Assembly: GCA_002633005.1 (NCBI GenBank)
Contig: NMRA01000265.1
Span: 364,906 to 428,905, forward strand
Direction: 5' to 3'
Length of the DNA stretch: 64,000 bases
Source: Phoronis australis
Lineage: Eukaryota > Animalia > Phoronida
Part shown: positions 1 through 55,200 of the stretch, piece by piece
How the letters are laid out: each line of letters opens with the position of its first letter
How positions within the stretch are numbered: position 1 is the stretch's first letter
Notes under the pieces: generated by a model
Database searches by the model: none
What the model was told of the DNA's origin: nothing
Seen by the model: only the letters and a program-made list of their open reading frames with translations
Translations under genes and position numbers: made by a program

Positions 1-3000
1 GCAACTAGTACTTAAACCAAACTAAATGGAGTGTTTTTCTTGAGAAGATGGTCTTTGCAAATCTTTGACGTCTGATTTTCCAGTAGTCGTTTGCTTGCCA
101 TTCCCATCCATACATAATACATGAAGGATAGCGTGCCTACATTCATTCAGTAGGCCCGAGCACACAGTCCGACTCGGGGGTACTGAAGTGCAAGTATATT
201 TTGGTACACCCCCTATAATACATTATCGTGTGTTCTCCACCCAACTGCATTTCTGTGGCAGCAATCTGAACTCCATTTTCTATAAGGTATTGGTGTAGAC
301 TACAACAATTATAAGATCTAAAACAGTTTATTTTTTACATAACAATGACACTACAAATGAGCAGTGTTTGCCTGTCATTGCAACCGCTTTTGGGATAAAG
401 ATGCCATCAGCCTATATTGGGTCAGCCTCAAGGTTGGGCTAACGAGGCGGATTACAGAGATGGTGACATCGTCTGATTCGTTTGTACAATACTCAAACAA
501 TTTTTAAAGAGGTAAAACCACTTTTAACAATCCCTTGATTCAACAGTTACAACGTGTATTCAAACAGGTACAATGAAGACTCTATTTTTGTGAAAATATT
601 ACAAATTTACAATGGTCAAAGATGAATTAAGTAAGCAGTTTCTTTATGAATTGGAGAGGTCAAAGTTTGTTAAACTTTTCTGTGAGAGCAACACTCAGTG
701 ACCATTTGTAACTGAACTGCGTACTTGACAGTTCTATTGTACATGTAGGCTTATTGCACAAAGTTAAAAACGGCTAAACGAACTATACAGTAACAACAAC
801 CGAGAAAAACGGAACTTGAAACTACAGTGCTAAGTACCCTGCTTAGCTATTCCGTAGCAAAACCAAGGGAATTTCAAACTGGAAAAAATACGGGACACTG
901 GTTATCTAACAACTTAAAACATGGTTTCTAATATCACTTGTGTTTTTGATCAAAATTTTATTTTAAACCAGGACAGCTAATGAGAAGTAAAGTTTCAAAT
1001 TGCTGAGGTGACAATACTAAGTAACAATACATCGAAAAAATAATCTGACAAAATGACCCAGAATACCATGAGTGGAATACCCCCATCGTGATGGCAGAGT
1101 GCAAGAGGAATTCACCATTGTTGTTGCTAGAATGGGTCATTAATAGTCGCAGTAGCCAAACTGTACTTTGTCCGATTACTTTTGAGGTGTACTGTACCAA
1201 GAGGTTTAAATAAGGCAACAAAATACAAATCCCATTGACATTGCTTTAAAAATGCATCTCATCATGTTGCTGCAGGGATACAGTGAGCAGGACATGTTGA
1301 TAAATTCGTTGACCTTGACCTTATATATGAACTAAACAGATTACAATGAAGCTTATTGGGTATTGCTAGAAATGCACAAGTTGTTTGCAACTTTTAATGC
1401 ACAGTTCAGGATTGCAGCCTTAAACTGGAAAGCAACCATTTTTGAAGATACCTTCATTATAAATGAAAATTCTTGGCTATCTTGAACAGACATTTTCCCT
1501 CTCTATTTCCCTCGGCATACATTCAGTATCCATGGAGCACAAGGAAGTGACGTTGACGTCCGCGTGAAAGGGTTGCGTTCACTTCTATCAAACAATACAA
1601 ATGATCAACAAGGACTGTGTTCAATTGCTAGTAGGACATTATCTTTGCACAATGAAGATGTATGCAGAACCAAGATGTGGGAATATTGCTGGGACATTCA
1701 GGTAACCCTTTATTGTTCATGTCACCTTTTATTGTTCCATGGATAGTAAACTAACACCATGGGAACAGCGATCAACACCAAACATGAGACAACCAAGGGG
1801 TCACTATACCTTCTTAATGTAACAGTACAAATGCTTGCATTCACTTTTAATACAATTGATATTTCTTAATACAATTGATAATTCTTAGAAAGAGTAATTT
1901 TGCAATTAAACTAAATGGTGCAGATAATAATTACTCTAATACGTAAAAACTGTACACGTGCCTTAGATTATAGGCAACTTAAATATCTTAATCAAAATTT
2001 AAAAACGAGGATAAATAAATAAGCTAAAAAGAATCAAAGAAATGGGAGCTCAATATCTGGGGTGTGTGCATCATATTTAATTAAGAGCTACAGGACAATC
2101 AAAATGGGCAATCAAAATTCCTACCAGCAATATTGATATTACAAGGAAGCTTCAACTCTTAAAACATCAGCCGAAATGATTTATACTAATTAGAATAACA
2201 CGCACATTGCCGCACGGGAAGACGAGAAATAAAAAATCAAATGCACCCTGTGAATTTGACGACGATTATTAAAGTGGCTACAAGCCCGCCTAGTGTCACA
2301 ATGAACAACTTATGAACTAGACCATTTACCTTCATGGAATAGTCCTCATTCTGCTCCTTAGTCAAAATAGGTTTTATTTCTAAGTTTCGAAAAATGACAA
2401 ATGACAATTGATTGAAGCTAGAGACAAGGCTATACAAAAGTTGAATTGTGATAGCACGTCATTTTATTTTCCAACGTCGTCTTTAGCAATTACAAATTGT
2501 CACTTCTTTGCAAGACCAAAAATCATCGATTAAGAAATAAATCGTGGGAAATGTCACAGCGGCAGGTGGTTCTAATCCAAAGTTAGTTTTTATTCAACAG
2601 AATACGAGTTTATTGCCACTTTAAAGAAGAACGACTCTAGAGACAGGGACATGTTTTGCAAACAAAGCACTGGAAATGATGGTTTAAGGGTTGTACAAGC
2701 TAACCACTGAAATGATACAGCCCTATTTATGACGAGACTGAAGAACAAGAAAGCATCAGCTTAAACAGAAATTGGCATCACAATTGTACTTTTTGTCAAC
2801 TAAGATTTATACCAAGGCATAACAAGTTCTCACGGTTCAAGCAAACACTTTTAAAGTATATGGCAAAATGATTTCTAACAATGAAACAGAACTCTGTTGG
2901 ATACATTGAACAAGTTATAAAAAATATATCTCGGTATAAATCTCATTCAATCAATCTCTGTTTTTCAATTTCATTTTCCAATCACTAGACGACAACATAT

Positions 3001-3805
3001 CAATATAAAGTACGTGGTTATGATTATACAAATTCTGACATAGTAGTTCAAAAATTCTCCATCACATGATTCATCATGTGGTACTGTCACATGATTGATC
3101 ATGTGACAACAATAACAACATACACCAAATAATTATAACAAGTTATGCAATACTCAATGGAATTTTTTATAGTTTTCAACCCTTCGTATCTAATCATTAT
3201 TCAGGATATGCATTTTTGTGCTTTACACGTACTCAAATAATTGACAACACGTGATTAAGTAGTTCGAGTCAGTACACGGTAGACTTCATCTCAACCGTAT
3301 CACAGCCTCTCAAGTATGTCACTACACAATACAGGGTGAACTAGGATATAGTTCTTCAGAATACTGTTCACAATCAACCACCAAAGGTCAAAGTTCGCTT
3401 CCAGGTTTCACAAATAATTTCCTCTACACATGCGTACTCTGTAAGAACTGCAACAAGTCAGTAGGTCTTGGTCAGAAACACATGCTGCACAAGATGTACC
3501 GGCCACTCACTAACTGCTAATTGTCATCGTAGGTACACCATTATATTTTGATTGCAACAGTCATGACTTATAAGTACAAATAATGCAAGTGCCCTACATA
3601 TATGTATAAATAGGAATACACTCCCGTGATTGGTCAGATCACGCGTCACTTCTTGTACAAATCAGCCACTCGCCCTCCTAACAAGTGTCTAGGGTCAGGC
3701 TGCTTGCTCCCTGTGACTACTCATTTGCATATTTCCTTCGAAAAGTTTCCCTCACCCAGACGACATGAAGAATGAGCACATAGTATGGCGTGAAACGAGC
3801 CTTGT

Positions 3806-47414
<43,609 letters not shown>

Positions 47415-47479
47415 GATCTGACAAGCCAATAACACAATGGAAATGAGGAGAGGACACCATTCAAATCGTGTGTAAATCC

Positions 47480-48064
47480 TGTGTGAACAGGTGACTACCA
47501 CAAGACCCACATTTTCTGGCTCCAGCAAACACAGCACAACATTGTTCCATAAATTGCCTGGCAGGGATGGCCAATTCTCCCCACTATTCCAGCCACTCAG
47601 TCACAACCAAAGTTCACAAATGTCTTCGACCAGTGAACCAAGCTAGTACCCGTGGGAAACTACAGTGGCTCTTAAACAGCCTAGAACAATAGTTAGTGGC
47701 TGATCAGGTTACCACAACCACTCCCTGCGAACAGTTGCATGGAGTGGGAAATCAATCACGAATGGTTCAGCTGTAACCACTTTTGGTAACATGAGAAGGC
47801 ACAGTTGAAAATTAGAACAATATTAAGGACCTCCAGTTGACGACTTCTGGCACATTTTGGACAACTATAGTAAGGAGAGGTCATCTAAATTTACACAATA
47901 GCGTGGGAATCAGGGGGTAGGTGAACTGAATGGCACAGACAAGACAGTGAGAACAAAAGATGGTCGTAGTAGTCCTTATAAGGAAAGCAGGTGCGACTGC
48001 GATTCTAGTGTTAAGATAAGAGCGGGAGTTATCAGAAACACAACTTTCTCGACAGCACCACGTG
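47480..48064 (+). promoter_or_regulatory. Cluster of Su(H)/CSL binding sites with E-boxes (candidate autoregulatory enhancer)
   Basis: TGTGTGAA 47480, CGTGGGAA 47651, GTGGGAA 47744, CGTGGGAA 47902, GTGAGAA 47947. E-boxes CAGGTG 47488, CAGCTG 47768, GCAGGTG 47987, CACGTG 48059. Confidence 0.6.
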
Positions 48065-48215
48065 TTGCCTCGTCACAGTTAAAATACTTCGAGTACGTCC
48101 AAGTGACCAACGCGAGAACTTTTCCTAACTTCGAAACCTGCACCCGAACCTCGTACTTCAAATGATGAACTTGTTGGTTTGCAAGGTTGCATTTGTAAAC
48201 ACACAACATGCTTAC

Positions 48216-48254
48216 CTTGCTCTTATTGTCTTCACTTTTTTAGGCTCCCTCAAA
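48216..48254 (-). other. Su(H): Putative 39-nt 5'-UTR exon of Su(H)
   Basis: Long pyrimidine tract ending ttatttctag, donor AAG|gtaagc. Contains a TAA in frame with the ATG at 47414. Confidence 0.55.
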
Positions 48255-48289
48255 CTAGAAATAAGAAAAAGCAAAAGTTAAAAGGTGTG

Positions 48290-48666
48290 CGCAGATAAGT
48301 CCCGGCCCACGGCGACGACGGGAATTTTCGTCGACGTGTTTAGAATGTTAATGTGATTCCAGGCAAATACTGTGCGCAAAATGAACACACAAGAAAATAT
48401 GCTCGTCGTCTTGCTACTAATCAATGCATACGACAGAATTTGAGGAATAACAGATGGTTCGAAAATTAAAGTTTTGCAAACGAATACCTTGCAAAAAGTG
48501 TAGCGTATTTCAAAATGGCGAAACTGGGACCGCTGTGTTTTGATCTCGCTATTTCACGCGATAAGTGCAATTTATTAATGGTGGACTTCTGTTCAGGTTT
48601 TGATAACTACTGGCTACTGCGTCTTTATATTATGTTTTAGGAGACATGTGATGCGATATACTGAAT
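48290..48666. promoter_or_regulatory. Bidirectional promoter region shared by Su(H) and MINDY
   Basis: Divergent genes under 0.5 kb apart, CpG-richer sequence, YY1-like CAAAATGGCG at 48511-48520, minus-strand donor AAG|gtattc at 48488/48487. Confidence 0.6.
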
Positions 48667-49255
48667 ATGGAAGTTGAAAAAAATCTAAGTAGCGGTGAAG
48701 TGGACCAGTCGACTGAAGAAGTGGCTGCAAAAACAGTAGATAATTTGAAAGGTGGTAACTTTGGTCAAGAAGAGTGCTCACAAGAAAATGAAGAGAATTA
48801 CCCTCCTGAAATCTCGAATACAAGCACGTCAGTGTTCTACGCTGAATCCTGCGTTTCACAGAATGAAGCGAGCAGTTGTATCACACTAGATATCACCGAG
48901 AAAAAAACGAGTGTGGAAACTGAGACTTGTGACCCTGGTGTTACCGAAGTTATCTCCTTAACCGGAGGTCTTGAACATTCCCAAACCCAGGTCACTCAGT
49001 CTCAGACTAACAATGAAAATGCAACAAAGGAAATTTCCCCCCAGGAAACTCAAACTGTGCCATTTACATCACAGGAACTACAAGTAAGAAATGTTGATGT
49101 GAATAAGGACACTCATGATCCATCAGCGGACTCAAAAGTCTTTCAATCTTCAATGGCTGATGGCGAAACAGCCCCGCCCCCTTCATCCACCAATCAACCG
49201 CCAATGGCCCCTTGGGATGACTACAAACCTAAATCTCCTATAAACCAGAACACAG
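48667..49255 (+). CDS. MINDY2: MINDY exon 1, acidic low-complexity N-terminus
   Basis: ATG at 48667, long ORF, CAG|gtgatg donor, phase 1 fits the next exon. Confidence 0.8.
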
Positions 49256-52200
49256 GTGATGATTGTTTAATAAGACATTTACACGAGTTTATACATGTGT
49301 GTTCACTAGTCCTTTGAGCTTTTTGGAGGTCACTCATGACTTGCTTGTCATGAACGAATGGATGATGAAGCCAGCCAATTCATGACAGGCAAAAGTTTCA
49401 ATTGTAGGCAAATATGCCTGCATGCATTCAGATAACGCTTTTTGCTATAGAAAGAATTGTAATGCAAATATGAAAAGATTATGTAAGTCCTGTTAACTAA
49501 TAACCTATCTTACCTGCTCTCAGAATCTTCAAACCATGCTTCGTCTGTGGTCACATCAGATGCCACGCCTACAACAGAGGGCTCTGTAAGTTCACGTGAA
49601 CACGCAATGCTATCTCCAGTAGCTGCTGCTTCGGCCATGAGTCGGGGCGCAACTAGCAGCTTAGAAGCACGCGAGTCACTCTCCAGCATATACCACGTCA
49701 AGTGGGTGAAGTTCAACACAAAGCAGCTACCGATTGTGACGCAGAACGAGAATGGCCCGTGTCCCCTCATTGCCATCATGAACGTGTTGTTCCTACGTGA
49801 GAAGATCAAAGTTCCTGCCATCGTGCAGATGGTGACGTCGGACCAACTGATGGAGTATCTGGGCGATTACATCTTTGAGCATGTGCCAAAGGTACCACTC
49901 ATATCTTTCGCAAAACGTTTGGTTTATTTGAACAGAATGACTTCATGAGATTTAGTTTTGATCTTTGCCGTACTGCTTTAATGTTGTTGATGGTGCATTT
50001 TGATGGCTAAGCATCACATAAACGTCACCAGACATATGCCAAGAAGTGTAAAAATGAATTATTGCTGACCTCTGTAAGTTACATACAGAATTTATTTTGT
50101 AGCCATTGCTCTTTGATATTTATTTTTATCATATGCAATGCATAATATATAAGTTGAAGGTAACTTTAGGAATGATTTTAAACACGTGCTACTGACTTCT
50201 TTTTCAAATCGTTAGACAAGCAGATGTTCGTCTACTTTTTTGTAGTATTGAAACTTGTGTGAATGAAAGCGATCATCTTGTGTTTAAGACGTTTAATATC
50301 TCGTTTAATATCTCTTCTTTCCGTGTTCATCTGCTAGGATATCACAGATGATACTCGATTGAATTATGAGCAGAACATGCATGATGCCATGGCTGTGTTT
50401 CACAAGCTTCAGACGGGTCTAGATGTAAATGTCAGGTTCACAGGGTAAGTGCTCTCGAGTTATTAGCATTTATTGATCGAAACATACTATGTAAAATCAA
50501 GACAACCAATCACAGCGCTTGTGTTAAGTGTGAAAAATTAACAGATGTTGCTGCTCGTTTTCTCGTGGTTTATGGTGTAATAAGAATGGGCGAAGTGTTG
50601 CGTTTGTGGTGGTTGTGACAAGTTAGTATTTGACTATGGTGTGGCTCTTTTCACCTTTCCGTGGAACATCAAGAGAAGCCTGGGTATGGCACAAGTTGTA
50701 CAAGAATCTCGCGTGTTGGTGGACACGGTACACTGGTGCTGGGTACGTTTGTGCGTCACACTCGTGTCCGAGAAGCTAAGAAATTTTCATTGAAGTTGCC
50801 TTTTTTCTACTTTCTCGTTTTTCTGATATTAAATTCACGACTGTGACACGCAGTGCTCTAAAGGAAGGTTTAATGATGCTTATCACCATGGAGTCACTTT
50901 TAATGTTGTTTACGTGTCAGTTAGGTCCATTCAACTATCCCAGTCTAGAAGCCACTCAGTGTGGTTCTTGTAGTCAAACCCCCCGTACAAATGGCGAGTC
51001 TGCATACTGACGTAATTTGTAGTGAGCCCATGAGTTACAGTGGCACCAACAGGTCAGGATTGTTGAAAATACAGAATAAGGGTAGATATTGTGAACAGAC
51101 TGTATAAATTGATCTATTTCATAGCACTATAATTTACCTCATGTGGCATTGTACTTAATGTCAAAAGTAATGTATTGGTATGCAAAATTTAGGCCAAATA
51201 GTGTACCATGAAGTATGTACCCGAAACCTCTAGTCACTTACAGTAACGTGTCTAGCATACACCATGCCAACATGTTGTCCGTTTCAGCGTGAATGACTTT
51301 GAGTACACTCCTGAATGTATAGTGTTTGATCTGCTTCACATCCCCCTATACCATGGCTGGCTAGTGGACCCTCAGGATCTTACAACTGTGAAGGCTGTTG
51401 GTAACTGTGGCTATAATCAACTGGTGGAGAAGATCATTGGGCAGAAGTGCTCAGACAAGCAGGACCTGGTCACTGAAGGTTTGATCTTTAGCTAGGTTTG
51501 ATGAACTGTCATGCCTAGAGTGGGTAGTCATACGTGGTCATATCATGTGACCTTCCAAGGTCTGAAATGACTGATGCTCCGACTGGGGCTTGAACCCGAA
51601 ACTTTCTTGTTATGTAAGTTCACGTTATGATTACTACTTTCTTGTGCCAGAATTGTAATGTCAGTGCGGCAAAATGTCCCTGGTTTGAAATCCAGTCTCC
51701 GAACTTCATCTTAGTGCCTATAGACATGGTGAATCAGTGTAATATAGGATAAAAATTTATAGATATTTCGGTAATCTCAAGTTGTTTGGGCTTTGTCACC
51801 ACAGAAATGATGAAGAATGTGAGAGGACGCAATACGCATACCATTGTCAGGAGCTGTGGCCTTGTTGTTTACCTTGTACCACACATCAGAATACACATAG
51901 ACCTTGCATAAATTGGATACAATTGGACAGAGAAATTGTATCCTAGTAATGCAAAATGGACTGATCAGAAGGGTTATGCGTAAACCTCAGAACTTTGTGC
52001 GAGTTAAACAAAGATCTGACTTGTGCGTGTCTGATATGCAAGTTTTACTATATGCTCAACTCCTACTGGTTTGCATTGATGTCTCTAAATCAACACTCCA
52101 ACTGATGATGTTTTTTCATTTGTGTATTTATAAGCATTGTTAACAGACTCAGAGATGTTCCATACTAATTACAGTGTGTATAGAGTAAACTCTGCCATAT

Positions 52201-55200
52201 AACTCGCATAAGTCTGATTCGTTGTACGGTTGTTTTATTTCATGTACTTGGCCTTTCTGATAAACCAGTGGCTCCTCATTGTTAAAATCTCTCAATTCAG
52301 TTCGATTCGTGCAAGTTATCTAACCATGACGGCGTTTTCCCGCTTAGTGACTTTACCAGACATTGAGGGTTGTGCCGTGTGTGATAACATCTAGTTTGTT
52401 TGTTAACTGCCAATCACAGTCTTTTGCCTGGTATGACAACAGGCAGGCCAATTATCTACCAGAAACCCAGAGCGAATTGGTACTTTCGGAAAGAATAGAT
52501 TGTCGTAACTTTGGTTGTAGTTGGGTGATTTTGGCTTTTCAAAAACTAAAGATGATCATCATTTGATGAGGATTTCAGAAATGCTATTGGTTTATGTTCA
52601 GATATGTTATAACTTTACTTTTATTTTTAACAGCACAGCCCAGTCAGGCTAGATAGATCTTATTGGAGATAAGAGCAATTATCAAACAAAAGAGAGCTGG
52701 CCCTCCTACCATAAATGCCAGAATGGAGTTAATCAGTCGTGTAAGATATTGGCTACAGGGGTCATCTTCCCAACTTGTCGTTGGGCTATAGAATCCAACA
52801 AGTTGGAAGCAACAGGAAAACGCTGTAATTTGCATGCCTGGATTATAAATAGTGTAATTGGTCGTGGTATGCTTTTGCTGCTTTGCTACCCTAGTGTATA
52901 GAAGACCTGCGTGACACATTGTCTTTTTTCCTATATAACTAGCTCTGGCAGCAGAGTCATTCCTGGAGAACTCGATGTCTCAGCTCACTTACCATGGCCT
53001 AAGTGAGTTGTCACAGACTGTCAAGGAACAGCAGATGTGTGTGTTCTTTAGGAACAATCACTTCAGCACTCTGTACAGGAATAAGGTGAGTAGTCCAGGG
53101 CCAAATATCATCAAATTCTACTCGAGTCTACTCGGAAATGATAACTTGCATCGCATGAAAACAGAAAATTCACTCAAGCATGGCCATGACGGCAAACTTT
53201 GAAAAAAATACCCGCCGTTGTCCCAATGTGTGAAGTGGATAATCGTGTTCTCATATAAAGTTAACTAAAATAAAAGGTAAACATGTTAGTCACACGGAAT
53301 ATAGTTCACTTTAAGTACAAGTCACCATTAATTAAGCATAGGCTAATGACTGAGAGTTGCTTTGAATTAGATTAATTGAGCTAATAAGGATATAATGAGC
53401 ACCAAACTTGTCCCCAAAGCCCCTCTCATAATAGTCAATGATTCATTGAGTAGCCTTGGGTAAAATTTTATGATCGCCCACCCAGGGCCATGCAGTTTCT
53501 TGCCATTTTATTGAAGGCAATCATTCATAAGGTATAGTCACAGGCTGTGTGCAATTTCAATTCCACATTCGAAGGTTCTCCTTGGTAAAAATGCAGATGT
53601 GGCTCAAATTCAGTGATGTGTTTTGCTGTTGAAAACTTCCTGTGTGCTAATTCATGGAAACGACAAAGGTAACACACTCTTACGGTTGGTGAACATCCCA
53701 CTGTCATTGTGTCAACTGAAGAAAAAATACCTTTTTGCACCAAACTATTCCAATCATTTGGCGTTTCATGAAATATCATGCAGAAATAAATTGGACATTT
53801 GAAACAGACCTCAAGGACTTTAAACATGGCTCGGAGCTTTTCTACCCTCGCTGGAGGTGTCTAATGACGGCTCTTGGTTTTTTGAGTAAGGTTTCCTTCA
53901 ACGATCAATAGATCATGCCACAGCATGGGTCTGTTTATAAGGGCTCCCAACATTTGTCAGACCCAGTTTCCATGCTGTGTGAGCCGTTCTGGTGGTCTCT
54001 GAGTCAGGTACAACTTATTACATAACACTGTTGTATGCTACCAACCTGTCGCACAATGTTGCCACCTAGCAACTAACTTGAAACAAGTGCAACTGTTTTT
54101 AACACTGAAATTATTACAAGATGCAGTAGCAACCTGTTGTTTACTATATAACCTTTGAGTGTAGATTTTTCTTTTTAACATTGAGATATTATCATATGCT
54201 ATAATAATCCTTCACCTCTTTAGTAAACAATATAGCAGACATGTTGAAATTTACTTCATCATTTTTCTTCACAAAAATAAAGATTAAGAAAAATTTAATC
54301 AACTGGTAGGATGGGTTTGTGCTGTGTAAATGTTATGAAACAACGGCTGGTAAAGTCTGCGTCCGCCACAACAATGAGGTAATCAACTTTTAAAAAATGA
54401 CAATTTGATGATTTTGTTTGTACAAAATAGGTGGAGAATTACTGTATGATAATTAGTACTTTTGAAGCCTTTTCCTTTTAACAGGATGAGCTCTTCCTCT
54501 TAGTCACTGATCAAGGATTCCTAACCGAGACCAACGTCGTCTGGGAAACTCTGTCCAATGTCGAGGGCGACGGTCATTTTGTGGATGCTGAATTCCGCAA
54601 TTTCCAGAAACCGCAAGCCTCAACGGCCCCCATATCCACACCTACTGTTGCCATTGGATCGGAGTCGCAAGTTGATCAAGAGTAGGTTGTATAATTGTAG
54701 CAAAAATTTAATGACTAATATTATGTGAAACAAACCAGTAAGTCTCACTTGTGAGTATCTGTAACTAAAAGTGGGGTGCTTGCAGAGCTCATGTTGGGTG
54801 CTTGCAGAGCTCCTGTTGGGTGCTTGCAGAGCTCCTGTTGGGTGCTTGCAGAGCTCCTGTTGGGTGCTTGCTCAGGTTTGTGTGACAAATGGCAAGGAAT
54901 GGATCCCTGTGGTGTGGTGACATACTGTGACAATCAAAACTTGTTTGTCAGTAATTCTGACATTTTCAGAGCTGCCGGCTGTTGAGGATTTATCAATATT
55001 TTGTGTACTATGTATATACTTTCGGGGCTTCAGAAGCCACTACCTACAAATTTTCAAATGTTAGGGATTTTGAATATTTATTTATCTTCAAAAAATCAGA
55101 TGAAAGTTAAAATTATTCTTAAAATTGACAGTGTTTCGAAGCGTCAGATTGGCGAATATCGAGGTTGAAGGTACCAGAAAGTGAAGGGAATTATCAAAAA

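Noticed and set aside
48515-48640. 41-codon ORF starting in AAAATGGCG upstream of MINDY
   Set aside because: It stops before the MINDY ATG. The ATG is better explained as part of a YY1-like motif, and the TSS is unknown, so a uORF cannot be supported.
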